Shown one piece after another: positions 1-9,587 of a stretch of 20,000 nucleotides of DNA (positions are counted from its first letter, which is position 1; the number at the start of each line of letters is the position of its first letter). The translations under genes and the position numbers were made by a program. Source of the stretch: Halorussus marinus. Its GTDB lineage: Archaea; Halobacteriota; Halobacteria; Halobacteriales; Haladaptataceae. Under the pieces are notes generated by a model, which did not search any database, had not been told where the DNA came from, and worked only from the letters and a program-made list of their open reading frames with translations. Location of the stretch: the NCBI RefSeq assembly GCF_004765795.1, contig NZ_SBIV01000008.1:180835-200834 (forward strand). Direction: 5' to 3'.

Positions 1-160
1 CGGGCCCCTCGAAGACGGCCTCAACCCGACCGTCGGCGAGGTTGCGGACCCAGCCGTCGACGCCCTTCTCGCGGGCCGCGTCCCGGGTGTTCGCCCGGTA
101 GTAGACGCCCTGTACCGTGCCGGAGACGAAGACGTGTGCGCGGGTTCGGTCCTCGGACAT
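1..160 (-). CDS. acyP: Acylphosphatase (5' part; runs off the window edge)
   Basis: Manual translation from ATG at 160: [53 protein letters not shown], with acylphosphatase motifs GxVQGVxYR and GWVRNxxDGxVE. TATA-like TTTA about 30 nt upstream. Not in the ORF track. Confidence 0.93.
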   Translation of the reverse strand, partial: MSEDRTRAHVFVSGTVQGVYYRANTRDAAREKGVDGWVRNLADGRVEAVFEGP

Positions 161-242
161 AGTCGGTCGGGAGTTCGTCCGGGAGGGGTAAAGTCGGTCG
201 GGGTTCGAAGAGTAGTTAGGCGCCCACGCCGACGTCCCGACC

Positions 243-1760
243 ATGAAAGCCGCGCTCATCGTGCTGGACGGGTGGGGGCTCGGACCCGAGGACGGGAGAC
301 GGAACGCGGTCGAGGCCGCCGACACGCCGAACTTCGATCGGTTCGTCGCGACCGGCGCCGACGGCACCCTCACCGTGTCCGGACGGCGGGTCGGCCTCCC
401 GGAGGGACAGATGGGCAACAGCGAGGTCGGCCACCTCAACATCGGGGCGGGCCGGGTCGTCAAACAGGAGTACACCCGGATCACCGACGCGATCGAGGCG
501 GGTGAACTGGGCGACAACGACGCGATCGCCCGGGCGTTCGACTACGCGACCGACAACGACGGCCGGGTCCACTTCGTGGGGTTGGTGAGCGACGGCGGGG
601 TCCACTCCGATCAGGACCACCTCCACGCGCTGATCGCGCTCGCGGCCGACCGGGGCGTCGACGCCGTCACCCACGCGTTCACCGACGGTCGGGACACCCC
701 GCCCGAGAGCGGCGCGGGGTTCCTCGGTGACCTCCGAGACGTGATCGACCGCGAGGGGACCGGCGAGGTGGCGACCGTCTCGGGACGCTACTACGCGATG
801 GACCGCGATCAGAACTGGGATCGCACCCGGCGGGCGTACGACGCCATCGTGAACCGGGAGGCCGACCACACCGCCGAGTCGGGGGTCGGCGCCGTCGAGG
901 AGAGCTACGACCGGGGCGAGACCGACGAGTTCGTCGAGCCGACGCTGATCGAGGGCGGCCCCGCCCTCTCGGACGGGGACGCGGCGCTCTTTTTCAACTT
1001 CCGGGCCGACCGCGCGCGCCAGCTCACCCGGATGCTCGCGGACATCGAGCCGGCGTGGCCGTTCGAGACCGACCCGCCCGAGATCGAACTGGCGACGATG
1101 ACCCAGTACGACGCGGCGTTCGACCTGCCGGTCGCGTTCCCGCCCCACCGCCCCGAGGACGTGCTCGGCGAGGTGCTCGCCGAGGCGGGGCTCACCCAGT
1201 TGCGGATCGCCGAGTCCGAGAAGTACGCCCACGTCACCTACTTCCTGAACGGCGGCCGAGAAGTCGAGTTCCCGGGCGAGCGCCGCGAGATCGTCCCCTC
1301 GCCGGACGTGGCGACCTACGACCGCCGGCCCGAGATGAGCGCGCCCGAGGTCACAGACACCGCGATCGCGTCAATCGAGGAAGACGACCCCGACGTGTTG
1401 GTGCTCAACTACGCGAACCCCGACATGGTGGGCCACACCGGCGACTTCGACGCCGCGGTCGCGGCGGTCGCGGCGGTCGACGAACAGCTCGGCCGGCTCG
1501 TCGCCGCGGTCGAATCGGCGGGCGGCCACGTCCTGGTGACCGCCGACCACGGCAACGCCGACGACATGGGGACGCCCGAGGACCCCCACACCGCCCACAC
1601 GCGCAACCCGGTGCCGTTCGTCTACCGGTCGCCGGCCGGCGACGACGCCGGGCGACTCGTCCGGGAGGGCGGGTCGCTCTGTGACGTCGCGCCGACGCTA
1701 CTCGAACTCGTCGGCGTCGACCGGCCGGCCGCGATGACCGGCCGGTCGCTGTTGGAGTAG
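243..1760 (+). CDS. gpmI: 2,3-bisphosphoglycerate-independent phosphoglycerate mutase
   Basis: 505 aa; [15 protein letters not shown] (catalytic Ser), [52 protein letters not shown]. Confidence 0.97.
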   Translation: MKAALIVLDGWGLGPEDGRRNAVEAADTPNFDRFVATGADGTLTVSGRRVGLPEGQMGNSEVGHLNIGAGRVVKQEYTRITDAIEAGELGDNDAIARAFDYATDNDGRVHFVGLVSDGGVHSDQDHLHALIALAADRGVDAVTHAFTDGRDTPPESGAGFLGDLRDVIDREGTGEVATVSGRYYAMDRDQNWDRTRRAYDAIVNREADHTAESGVGAVEESYDRGETDEFVEPTLIEGGPALSDGDAALFFNFRADRARQLTRMLADIEPAWPFETDPPEIELATMTQYDAAFDLPVAFPPHRPEDVLGEVLAEAGLTQLRIAESEKYAHVTYFLNGGREVEFPGERREIVPSPDVATYDRRPEMSAPEVTDTAIASIEEDDPDVLVLNYANPDMVGHTGDFDAAVAAVAAVDEQLGRLVAAVESAGGHVLVTADHGNADDMGTPEDPHTAHTRNPVPFVYRSPAGDDAGRLVREGGSLCDVAPTLLELVGVDRPAAMTGRSLLE

Positions 1761-1823
1761 CCGTCGTCGACGTCGCCTCCGGAAGTGGAAGCCGTTTAGT
1801 GGCCCGGCCGTCTCGACCGTGAT

Positions 1824-1982
1824 ATGATCTCACCGTTGCACGTCGGGGTCGAACATCCGAACCTGCTCTGGGTCGGCGCGGCCGGGCTCGTCGCGTTCGT
1901 CGCGGGGCTCGCGGTCAACCTCTATCGGTCGACCCGAGACGCCGCCCCGACCGAGTCGCCAGCGCCCGACGACGCGGAGTAG
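1824..1982 (+). CDS. Small single-pass membrane protein (52 aa), hypothetical
   Basis: Manual translation MISPLHVGVEHPNLLWVGAAGLVAFVAGLAVNLYRSTRDAAPTESPAPDDAE*: one hydrophobic helix, acidic tail, GC3-rich codons; TTTAG TATA-like element at 1795-1799. Confidence 0.75.
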   Translation: MISPLHVGVEHPNLLWVGAAGLVAFVAGLAVNLYRSTRDAAPTESPAPDDAE

Positions 1983-2049
1983 CCGACAGGGCCGACCGCC
2001 CCAGCTCTCGGCCGTGTTCGCCGCGGGTCCCAGTCGCCCCGTTCGGTCG

Positions 2050-2862
2050 CTACTCGCCGGTCCGGAACGACAGGTCCAGCGACGCCGCCGAGTGGGTCAG
2101 CGACCCCATCGAGATCACGTCCACGCCGGTGGCCGCGTACTCCCGAACGGCTTCGACGGTGATCCCACCGCTCGCCTCGGCGAGAACGCCGTCCGGGAGC
2201 GTCTCGACGCTCTCGCGGACCGTCTCGGGGTCCATGTTGTCTAACAGCACGACGTCCGCCCCGGCCTCGGCGGCCCGGACGGCGTCGTCGGGGGATTCGA
2301 CCTCGACCTCGATCTTCGTCGCGAACGACTTCTCGGCGCGGAAGTGCGCCACCGCATCCTCCAGCCCCATCTCGGCGACGTGGTTGTCCTTGACCATCAC
2401 CAGCCCCGACAGCGTGAGTCGGTGGGTGTCTCCGCCCCCGGCCGCGACCGCGCGCTTCTCCACCCCGCGGAGGCCGGGCGTGGTCTTGCGGGTGGCCGCG
2501 ACGGCGACGTCGTCGTTCACCTCGCGGACCGCTTCGACCGCCCGGCGAGTCTTCGTCGCCACCCCCGAGGCGTGGCCCGCGATGTTGACCGCGACGCGCT
2601 CGCCCCGGAGGACCGATTCCGCGGGCCCTTCGACCGCGAGAACCGTCTCTCCCGGTGCGATCCTGTCGCCGGCTTCCGCGGTCGCTTCGCAGTCCGCGTC
2701 GAGGTACTCGAAGACGGCCCCGGCGGCGTCGAGTCCCGCCGCGACGCCGCCCTCCTTCGCGACGAGGCGACCTGTGGTCTCGCCGGGAACGTGGTTGGTC
2801 ACGTCGCGGTGGCCCACGTCCTCTCGGAGCCACTCCTCGACCGTCCGGTCAGTCACTCGCAT
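2050..2862 (-). CDS. nadC: Carboxylating nicotinate-nucleotide diphosphorylase (quinolinate phosphoribosyltransferase)
   Basis: 270 aa; ERVAVN, ATRKTTPGLR, HRLTLS, KDNH, EVEVE, LLDN, EASGGIT, ISMGSLTHS; overlaps the nadB 3' end by 14 nt. Confidence 0.96.
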   Translation of the reverse strand: MRVTDRTVEEWLREDVGHRDVTNHVPGETTGRLVAKEGGVAAGLDAAGAVFEYLDADCEATAEAGDRIAPGETVLAVEGPAESVLRGERVAVNIAGHASGVATKTRRAVEAVREVNDDVAVAATRKTTPGLRGVEKRAVAAGGGDTHRLTLSGLVMVKDNHVAEMGLEDAVAHFRAEKSFATKIEVEVESPDDAVRAAEAGADVVLLDNMDPETVRESVETLPDGVLAEASGGITVEAVREYAATGVDVISMGSLTHSAASLDLSFRTGE

Positions 2863-4417
2863 TCGCGGTCACCTCCTCGGCGTCCGCCAGCGCGTGACAG
2901 CCAACTGGCTCGGCCGCCATCGCCTCGCGCGCGACGAGGAGCGCGACGACGCTGGCGTTTCTGAGCTCGTAGAGGCTCCGACTCGTCCGGGTGCGCGTGT
3001 AGGCGTCGACCTCACCCTTGAGCCGCCGAAGGACCGCAGTCGCCCGCTCGAGTCCCTCGGGCGTCCGCCGGAGTCCCACCCGGTCGTCCATCACGCGACG
3101 CAGGCGGACGAACTTCTCGCGGGCGAACCCCTCGGGGAGGTCGGGGTCGCTATCGCGGCAGTCCGGCGCGTCGACGCGGTCGTGGTCGAGGCCGGTCGCC
3201 GACTCGTCGGCCGCCGACTCCCCGGCGCGCAGGCCCCAGACCAGCCCCTCCAGCAGGCTCGTCGAGGCGAGGCGGTTCGCGCCGTGGACGCCGGTCCGGG
3301 CACACTCGCCGACCGCGAACAGCCGGTCGAGGTCGGTCCGGCCGCGGTCGTCCACCGCGATCCCGCCACAGAGGAAGTGCTCGCTCGGTTCGACCGGAAT
3401 CCCCTCGCGCCAGTCGACGCCCCGGGCCTCGCACTTGGCCGCGAGACCGGGGAACTCCCCGGCGAACTCGACGGGCCCCACGTCCAGCGCGACCTCGCCC
3501 GTGCGCTCGCGCTCGTCGGCGACGGCGCGGGCGACCACGTCGCGGGGGGCCAGTTCGGCGTCCTCGTGGTAGTCGGGCATGAAGCGCTCGCCGTCCCCGT
3601 TCCAGAGGAGCGCGCCCTCGCCCCGGACCGCCTCGCTGACGAGGAAGGGGTCCTCGCCCGCGTACGCAGTGGGGTGAAACTGGACGTAGGCCACGTCTTC
3701 GACGTCTGCCCCCGCCAGCGCGGCCATCGCGATGCCGTCGCCCGTCGCGGTCGCCGGGTTGGTCGAGCGCTCGTAGAGCGCGCCGATTCCGCCGGTGGCG
3801 AGGACGGTCGCGCCCGCGAAGACCGGGGCCGTCTCGCCGTCGGTCTCCACGACCGCGCCGTGGACCCGGCCCTCGTCGGCGATCAGGTCGAGCGCGGCGG
3901 TGTCCTCTCGCAACGTCACGCGTTCGTGGGCGTCGAGATGATTCAGGAACGGTCCGCGGACGTGCTTGCCGGTGCTGGCGTCGACGTGCAGGATGCGCTC
4001 CTCGGAGTGGGCGGCCTCGCGGGCGTAGTCGAACCCGGCGGAGTCGGACTCGTCCGCCACGCGGTCGAAGGGCACCTCGAGCGTCTCGACCAGTACGTCC
4101 TCGACCGCCTCGCGCGATTCGTCGACCAGCACCGCCACGGCTTCGGGGTCGGCGGTGGCGGCGCTGGCGGCGAGCACGTCCTGCTCGAACGACTCGGGAT
4201 CGCTCCGGGCGATGGCGACCCCGCCCTGCGCCCAATGGGTGGTGGTCTCCTCGGGCCGAGTCGCCTTCGTGACGAGGAGCACGTCCGCACCCTCGCGTGC
4301 GGCCGCGAGCGCGGTTGCACAGCCCGCGATACCGCTTCCGACGACGAGGACGTCGGTCTCTGTCGGAGCGTCGAGTACGTCGGGCTCCGATGGGGTGTGG
4401 CGTTCGTGCATCGTCAT
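2849..4417 (-). CDS. nadB: L-aspartate oxidase
   Basis: Likely start ATG 4417 (ATGA overlap with the nadA stop), 522 aa; VVGSGIAG FAD-binding loop, WAQGGVA, REAAHS, LATGG, QFHPT, SEAVRGEG, LAPRDVVAR, GVHGANRLASTSLLEGLV. The ORF-track extension to 5008 lies inside nadA and is spurious. Confidence 0.95.
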   Translation of the reverse strand: MTMHERHTPSEPDVLDAPTETDVLVVGSGIAGCATALAAAREGADVLLVTKATRPEETTTHWAQGGVAIARSDPESFEQDVLAASAATADPEAVAVLVDESREAVEDVLVETLEVPFDRVADESDSAGFDYAREAAHSEERILHVDASTGKHVRGPFLNHLDAHERVTLREDTAALDLIADEGRVHGAVVETDGETAPVFAGATVLATGGIGALYERSTNPATATGDGIAMAALAGADVEDVAYVQFHPTAYAGEDPFLVSEAVRGEGALLWNGDGERFMPDYHEDAELAPRDVVARAVADERERTGEVALDVGPVEFAGEFPGLAAKCEARGVDWREGIPVEPSEHFLCGGIAVDDRGRTDLDRLFAVGECARTGVHGANRLASTSLLEGLVWGLRAGESAADESATGLDHDRVDAPDCRDSDPDLPEGFAREKFVRLRRVMDDRVGLRRTPEGLERATAVLRRLKGEVDAYTRTRTSRSLYELRNASVVALLVAREAMAAEPVGCHALADAEEVTANASD

Positions 4418-5559
4418 AGCTCCAGCATGCGCTCCATCGCCGCGTTCGCCAGTTTCGCCTCCCGGGGCGGGACCTCGACGACGTTGCGTTCGCGCCCGGC
4501 GACCAGTTCCTCTAGCACCCACGTCAGGTAGTTGGGGTCGATCTGGCGCATCGCGTTGCAGTCCATGCAGGCCTCCCCGCAGAGGGGCACGACGTTCACC
4601 TCGGGGTGCCACCGCTGGAGGTGGTTCACGAGGTGGATCTCCGTCCCGACGGCCCACGTCTCGCCGGGGTCGGCCGCCTCGATCGTCCGGGTGATGGTCG
4701 ACGTCGACCCCGCCACGTCGGCGGCCTCGACGACCTCTCGGCGGCACTCGGGGTGGACGACCACCTCGGCCTCGGGGTGGTCGTCGCGTATCCGCTCGAC
4801 GTGGTCGGCCCCGAAGCGCTCGTGGACCTGACAGTAGCCGTCCCAGAGGACGATGTCGGCCGCCGCGACCTCCGCGGCCGACTTGCCCGCGGGATCCCAC
4901 GGGTCCCACTCGGCGATCTCGTCGGCCATGCCGAGCCGGTGGGCGGTGTTCTCGCCGAGGTGCTTGTCGGGCAGGAACAGCACCTTGTCGCCCCTGTCGA
5001 GCGCCCACTCGAACACGTCGTGGGCGTTCGAGGAGGTACAGACCGCCCCGCCCTGCTCGGCGCAGAACGCCTTCAGGTCGGCGTAGGAGTTCATGTACGT
5101 GACCGGGACGATCTCGGCGTCGGGCGCGGCGTCAGTGATCTCGGCCCACGCCGCGTCCACCTGCAGGGCTTCTGCCATCCCCGCCATCGGACACGACGCC
5201 TCCATCGAGGGCAGGAGGACCGTCTGGTCGTCGCCGGTGATGATGTCGGCCGACTCGGCCATGAACGTCACGCCCCCGAAGACGACGTACTCGGCGTCGG
5301 CCTCGGCCGCCTCGACGCTCAACTGGTAGGAGTCCCCGACGGAGTCGGCGTGCTCGACGATCTCCCGGCGCTGGTAGTTGTGGCCCAGTATCACGACGTC
5401 GTCGCCCAGTTCGGCCTTCGCGGCCGCGATGCGCTCCGTTCGCTCTTCTTCGCTCAACCCCCGATACGTTTCGGGTAACTGCTCGACGTCGTCGTATTTG
5501 AAGAGGCTCAGTTCCGTTTCGATGTCTGCCGTTTCCATTTTTGGCACAGTCGTTTGCAC
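4414..5559 (-). CDS. nadA: Quinolinate synthase A (4Fe-4S)
   Basis: LGHNYQ, GDSYQLS, GVTFMAE, ASCPMA, YMNS, CTSSNA, PDKHLG, GYCQVH, HPEC, GTEIHL, CNAM. Start uncertain: GTG 5559, GTG 5547 or ATG 5538. Confidence 0.95.
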   Translation of the reverse strand: MQTTVPKMETADIETELSLFKYDDVEQLPETYRGLSEEERTERIAAAKAELGDDVVILGHNYQRREIVEHADSVGDSYQLSVEAAEADAEYVVFGGVTFMAESADIITGDDQTVLLPSMEASCPMAGMAEALQVDAAWAEITDAAPDAEIVPVTYMNSYADLKAFCAEQGGAVCTSSNAHDVFEWALDRGDKVLFLPDKHLGENTAHRLGMADEIAEWDPWDPAGKSAAEVAAADIVLWDGYCQVHERFGADHVERIRDDHPEAEVVVHPECRREVVEAADVAGSTSTITRTIEAADPGETWAVGTEIHLVNHLQRWHPEVNVVPLCGEACMDCNAMRQIDPNYLTWVLEELVAGRERNVVEVPPREAKLANAAMERMLEL

Positions 5560-5586
5560 CGAGTTCTCTAGGCATCATAGGACTGT

Positions 5587-5604
5587 ATTGAAAATATTTT
5601 CTCT
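5587..5604 (-). promoter_or_regulatory. Putative BRE/TATA region of the nadABC operon, overlapped by a 12-bp palindrome
   Basis: AT-rich patch, minus strand GAGAAAATATTTTCAAT, about 28-45 nt upstream of GTG 5559; GAAAATATTTTC (5590-5601) is a perfect palindrome. Confidence 0.55.
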
Positions 5605-5821
5605 TCACAGACGCGGTTCGGAGCTCAAGCAGACTACGAAGAGCGAACAGAGTGAGGAGAGGTCTGTTTAGGTAGTTTCGAATAGGATTCTCCGAGAGAG
5701 CCGCGGAGAAAAGCGCGGCGCGCACGCCTCCGACAGTTACGTCGTCGAAGATTCCGGTATCCGACTCGCCGCCGCCGACGATTCCGCCGGTCTACCGCCC
5801 CTCGTCGATAGTCTCGCGGGT

Positions 5822-7354
5822 TTATCGTCCGTCGTAGACGACCTCGCCGTCGACGACGGTCATCGCCACGTCGATGTCCTCGATCGTCTCGGGGTGGTCC
5901 CACGGGGAGCGCTCAAGCACCGTGAAGTCGGCCCTTTTGCCCGGTTCGACCGTCCCGAGTCGATCCTCGTCGAAGCCCGCGTACGCCGCCCCGCCGGTGT
6001 AGGCCCGGACCGCCTCGGTGACCGAGAGGCGCTGGCAGTCGGCGGGCGCGTTGACGGTCTGGTGGATCCCGAGCAGGGGGTCGAGGGGCATACAGTCGCT
6101 CCCGAACGCGAGGTTCACGCCGGCTTCGAGCATGTCGGCGTAGCGGTTCGAGCGCTCGCGGCGCTCGGTGCCGATCCGGTCGTCGTAGAGGCCGCCCTCC
6201 CGGGCCCACTTCAGGAAGTTCGGCTGGACCGACGCGACCGCGCCCGAGTCGGCGAACCGATCGAGCGCGTCGTCGTCGGTGAGTTCGGCGTGCTCGACCC
6301 GGTGGCGGGCCTCGCCGGGGTCGTCGGTGTCGTCGTACGCGGCCAGCACCTCTCGGACCGCCTCGTCGCCGATGGCGTGGGCGGTCAGCTGATAGCCCGC
6401 GTCGGCGGCCTCCTCGACGAACGCCCGGAGCGACTCGGGATCGACCACCCACTGACCGGTCTCGCCGTCGGCGTCGGCGTACGGCTCCGAGAGCTTCGCG
6501 GTCCGGCCGCCGAGGCTCCCGTCGGTGAACGTCTTGACGCCCCCGACCGCGACGAACTCCGAGCCGTGGTTCGTCCGGAGCCCCGTCTCGATCAGGGCGT
6601 CGAGGTGGTCCGACCAGTAGTTGAGCCGGACCCGGAGCGACAGGTCGTCGTCGAGATCCATCTCGCGGTACACCTCCGGAGCCCGCGAGTTCCGGACCAT
6701 GTCGTGGACGCCCGTCACGCCCTTGCGGTTGGCCTCCCGCTGGGCCGCCTCGAGGAGTTCGCGCATCTCCGCGGCGTCCGGTTCGATGGCCTCGTAGACG
6801 ACGTCGACCGCCTCCTCGACGATGACGCCGGTCGGCTCGCCGCCCTCGGCCTTCACGTCGGCGTCGGGCATCTCGTCGCCGTACCGGTCGAGCGCGACGG
6901 AGTTGACCGCCGCGATGTGCATGTCCTCGCGGAACGCCGCGACCGGCCGCTCCTCGCTCACTCGATCGAGATCGGCACGGGTGAGGTATCGGGAGTCGTC
7001 CCACGTACTCTCGTCGTAGCCGAACCCGAGGACCCACTCGCGGTCGGTGTCGGCGGCGTCGGCGACGCGCTCGACCGCGTCGGCCGGCGAGTCGGCCCCC
7101 GAGAGGTCGGCGTAGACCAGCGAGCGACCGAGGTGCTGGAGGTGGGTGTGGGCGTCGATGAACCCCGGGAGCAGGGTCCGCCCGCCGAGATCGACAACCT
7201 CCGTCTCGACGCCGTCGAGGAACTCGACCTCGTAAGCCGAGTCGACGCGGGCGACCTCGCCGTCCCGCACCGCGACCGCCTCGGCGGTCCGGTCGGACTC
7301 CTCGAGCGTGTGGACGTCGGCGTTCGTGAACAGGATGTCAGCCGGCGCTGTCAT
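5822..7354 (-). CDS. Amidohydrolase family 3 (YtcJ/NfdA-like) metallohydrolase
   Basis: 510 aa; DLGGRTLLPGFIDAHTH, KTFTDGSLGGRTA, AHAIGD, RHRVEHAE, FGSD, GTVEPGKRADF. Confidence 0.9.
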   Translation of the reverse strand: MTAPADILFTNADVHTLEESDRTAEAVAVRDGEVARVDSAYEVEFLDGVETEVVDLGGRTLLPGFIDAHTHLQHLGRSLVYADLSGADSPADAVERVADAADTDREWVLGFGYDESTWDDSRYLTRADLDRVSEERPVAAFREDMHIAAVNSVALDRYGDEMPDADVKAEGGEPTGVIVEEAVDVVYEAIEPDAAEMRELLEAAQREANRKGVTGVHDMVRNSRAPEVYREMDLDDDLSLRVRLNYWSDHLDALIETGLRTNHGSEFVAVGGVKTFTDGSLGGRTAKLSEPYADADGETGQWVVDPESLRAFVEEAADAGYQLTAHAIGDEAVREVLAAYDDTDDPGEARHRVEHAELTDDDALDRFADSGAVASVQPNFLKWAREGGLYDDRIGTERRERSNRYADMLEAGVNLAFGSDCMPLDPLLGIHQTVNAPADCQRLSVTEAVRAYTGGAAYAGFDEDRLGTVEPGKRADFTVLERSPWDHPETIEDIDVAMTVVDGEVVYDGR

Positions 7355-7428
7355 ACTCAGAGCCTGCGGGCGCGAGGCGATAATCGTTGGGGAACCGGCG
7401 GGCCGCTTGCGCGCCGGCCGATCGGCCG

Positions 7429-7722
7429 TTACCGGCCGCCCCGAACCGTGACCTCGGACGCGTCGGTCACCACGACCTCGTAGTCGAAGAAACCGAACCG
7501 CGCGGTCCCGTCCGCGCGCGGCGTTCCGTCGTATCTGTCGGCGAACAGCGCGTCGAGCGCGTCGGGGTCGACCGATTCGGCGAGGGGAGCCATCTCGGCC
7601 GGATCGACGTTCGAAGCGGCGGTCACCGCCGCGACCACCGCCTCGCTCACTCGTTCGTCGCCGCCGACTTCGCGCGTCAGTACCGTCTGTGCGTCCTGCT
7701 GGTGGGATCTGTGTTCGATCAT
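7429..7722 (-). CDS. Stand-alone HalOD1 (halobacterial output domain 1) protein
   Basis: 97 aa; SEAVVAAV...DPAEMAPLAESVDPDALDALF...FGFFDYEVVV matches the HalOD1 signature from recall. Confidence 0.85.
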   Translation of the reverse strand: MIEHRSHQQDAQTVLTREVGGDERVSEAVVAAVTAASNVDPAEMAPLAESVDPDALDALFADRYDGTPRADGTARFGFFDYEVVVTDASEVTVRGGR

Positions 7723-7821
7723 AGGTACGGTCCGCCAGAGCGCTTCCGGCGCAGTCCTTGCGATGTGTTCGGGACGATCCCCAGTACCTACTGATGGTTC
7801 GCTACCGAACGGGTTTATACG

Positions 7822-8469
7822 TCACCGGTCGCGGTCGGCGAGCGCGGCGTCCACGAGGTTCCGGAGCCCGCGCCGGAGTCGCTTCGACACCGCGCGCGGC
7901 GAGATGCCGAACCGCTCGCCGAGCGCCGCCAGCGACGTCCCGCGCGGATCGTCGAAGTAGCCCGCCTCGAAGGCCGCGACCAGCGTCTCGCGCTGGTCGT
8001 CGGTCAGCCCGTACTGTTCGCCCGCGTCGAACTCCGAGAGGGTGTGGATCCAGTTGAGCCGGAGGTCGACGCCGTTGTCGGCGCAGTAGCGCTGGAGGCC
8101 GGCGATGGCCCCGTGGTCGGGCGACCGAAGCCGGAACACCCACCAGTCCTCGCGACGGACGACCTCCAGTAGCGTCGCCCGCGACTCGATGACGCCCTCG
8201 ATCAGCCCGGGGTCGTCGCTCCAGACCGCCTCCACGAGCGCGCCGTCGTCGAGGCGGTCGAGGACCGCCACCCGGTCGACGGCGGGGTTGGATTCGAGCG
8301 CCGCGACGAACGAGTCGACGTCGTCGCCCCACACCCAGAAGAACGGCATGACGCCCTCGCCGGTCGGGACGACCCGTTCGAGTTCGATCCGCATCTCGGG
8401 AGCCGCGGTCAGTGCTCGCCCGAGCGGGAAGTCCGCGACGGGGACCGTCACCTCCGCGATGACGCTCAT
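7822..8469 (-). CDS. Bacterio-opsin-activator-type (HTH_10) transcriptional regulator
   Basis: Likely start ATG 8469 (MSVIAEVTVP), 215 aa; C-terminal LTDDQRETLVAAFEAGYFDDPRGTSLAALGERFGISPRAVSKRLRRG. Confidence 0.88.
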   Translation of the reverse strand: MSVIAEVTVPVADFPLGRALTAAPEMRIELERVVPTGEGVMPFFWVWGDDVDSFVAALESNPAVDRVAVLDRLDDGALVEAVWSDDPGLIEGVIESRATLLEVVRREDWWVFRLRSPDHGAIAGLQRYCADNGVDLRLNWIHTLSEFDAGEQYGLTDDQRETLVAAFEAGYFDDPRGTSLAALGERFGISPRAVSKRLRRGLRNLVDAALADRDR

Positions 8470-8567
8470 CGTACGCGGTTCGGGCGCGACGACCAAGTCG
8501 GTTGGGGACGTGGGGACACGCAGTGGTCGACCCCACGAGAAGGAGGCGACAGATCGGTTCCGACCGA

Positions 8568-8798
8568 TCAGTCGAGCGCCATGTACGTCTTGGTCTTCGC
8601 GACCCCCTCCATCCCCGAGATGTCGGTCGAGGAGGCGTGAAGCACGTCGTACACTTCCTCGGCGTCGGCCTCCGCGATGATATCGAACTCCCCCGCCACG
8701 ATGTGGGCCTCCGAGACGGCGTCGAGCGCCCGGACCGACTCCACGATGTCTTCAGAGCGCCCTGCGGCGGTTTCTACCATAATAAACGCGTGAACCAT
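8568..8798 (-). CDS. Stand-alone Lrp/AsnC ligand-binding (RAM) domain protein, 76 aa
   Basis: Start ATG 8798 (MVHAFIMV); AHIVAGEFDIIA, TKTY; no N-terminal HTH. Confidence 0.88.
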   Translation of the reverse strand: MVHAFIMVETAAGRSEDIVESVRALDAVSEAHIVAGEFDIIAEADAEEVYDVLHASSTDISGMEGVAKTKTYMALD

Positions 8799-8881
8799 CC
8801 GTAGTGTGTGGTTCAGTACCACGCGAGAAAAACCTTTGGGGCGTAGTAACATTATTCAGGCCGTCGCGCGTAACGACTATC

Positions 8882-9586
8882 ATGCGATTTGTTATCATCG
8901 GTGCGGGACGGGTCGGCCTCCGGACCGCCCGCGTGCTACGCGAGGAGGGCCACGACGTCACCATCGTGGAGCGAGACGCCAACAAGGCCGAGCGCGCCCG
9001 CAACGACGAGTTCGAGGTGGTCGAGGGCGACGGCGCCCGCGAGGCGGTCTTAGACAAGGTCGACCTGGAGAGCGCCGACGCGCTCGGGGCGCTGACCGGG
9101 GATCTCAACGTCAACTTCGCGGCGTGTATGGTCGCCAAGCACTTTGGCTGTCGGACGGTCCTGCGGATCGACGAGGACTACCGCGAGGACATCTACCGGA
9201 AGTTCGCCAGCGACGTCGACGAGGTGGTCTACCCCGAGCGACTCGGCGCGATCGGCGCGAAAAACGCGTTGCTCGGCGGCAACATCCGCGCGATCGCCGA
9301 CATCGCCCAGAACCTCCAGGTGGTCGAGCTCACGATCACCGACGAGTCGCCCGTGAAAGGCTACTCGATCAGCGAGCTCTCGATCCCGGCCGACGCCCGG
9401 ATCCTCGCGTTCGGCAAACGCGACGAGTCGATGGACATTCCCCTGCCCGACGACTCGATCGGGGTCGGCGACCGGGTGGCGGTGCTCGCCGACTTCGACG
9501 TGTTAGAGGACGTGCGGCGGATCCTGGTCGGCGACGCGAGCCGCGGGGCGGCCGACGAACTGACCGCGAACGCGGGGGGGAACTGA
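8882..9586 (+). CDS. trkA: TrkA-family RCK protein (TrkA-N + TrkA-C)
   Basis: Start ATG 8882, 234 aa; IIGAGRVG Rossmann motif, EGDG, ALTGDLNVN, VVYPE, C-terminal SPVKG...GDRV. Confidence 0.9.
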   Translation: MRFVIIGAGRVGLRTARVLREEGHDVTIVERDANKAERARNDEFEVVEGDGAREAVLDKVDLESADALGALTGDLNVNFAACMVAKHFGCRTVLRIDEDYREDIYRKFASDVDEVVYPERLGAIGAKNALLGGNIRAIADIAQNLQVVELTITDESPVKGYSISELSIPADARILAFGKRDESMDIPLPDDSIGVGDRVAVLADFDVLEDVRRILVGDASRGAADELTANAGGN

Positions 9587-9587
9587 G

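Noticed and set aside
2129..4531. 800-aa plus-strand ORF, and similar long antisense ORFs (4606-5478, 5894-7483, 15118-16743, 216-1232)
   Set aside because: Antisense shadows of real genes caused by stop-codon scarcity in high-GC DNA; no motifs and non-haloarchaeal composition.
5627..5669. AAGCAGAC/GTCTGTTT stem upstream of nadA as an NAD riboswitch
   Set aside because: Lies upstream of the likely TATA so is probably not in the nadA transcript; the stem is short and no known aptamer consensus is recognisable.
8808..8822. GTGGT-N5-ACCAC dyad between the RAM gene and trkA
   Set aside because: Only 5-bp arms, expected by chance; cannot be supported without conservation data.
9050..9505. Rare TTA codons in trkA (9050, 9503), also in nadA and nadC, near tRNA-Leu(TAA): bldA-like translational control?
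   Set aside because: A few TTA codons are expected, proximity to a tRNA gene has no mechanistic meaning, and several are in TTAG context, which is consistent with CTAG avoidance.
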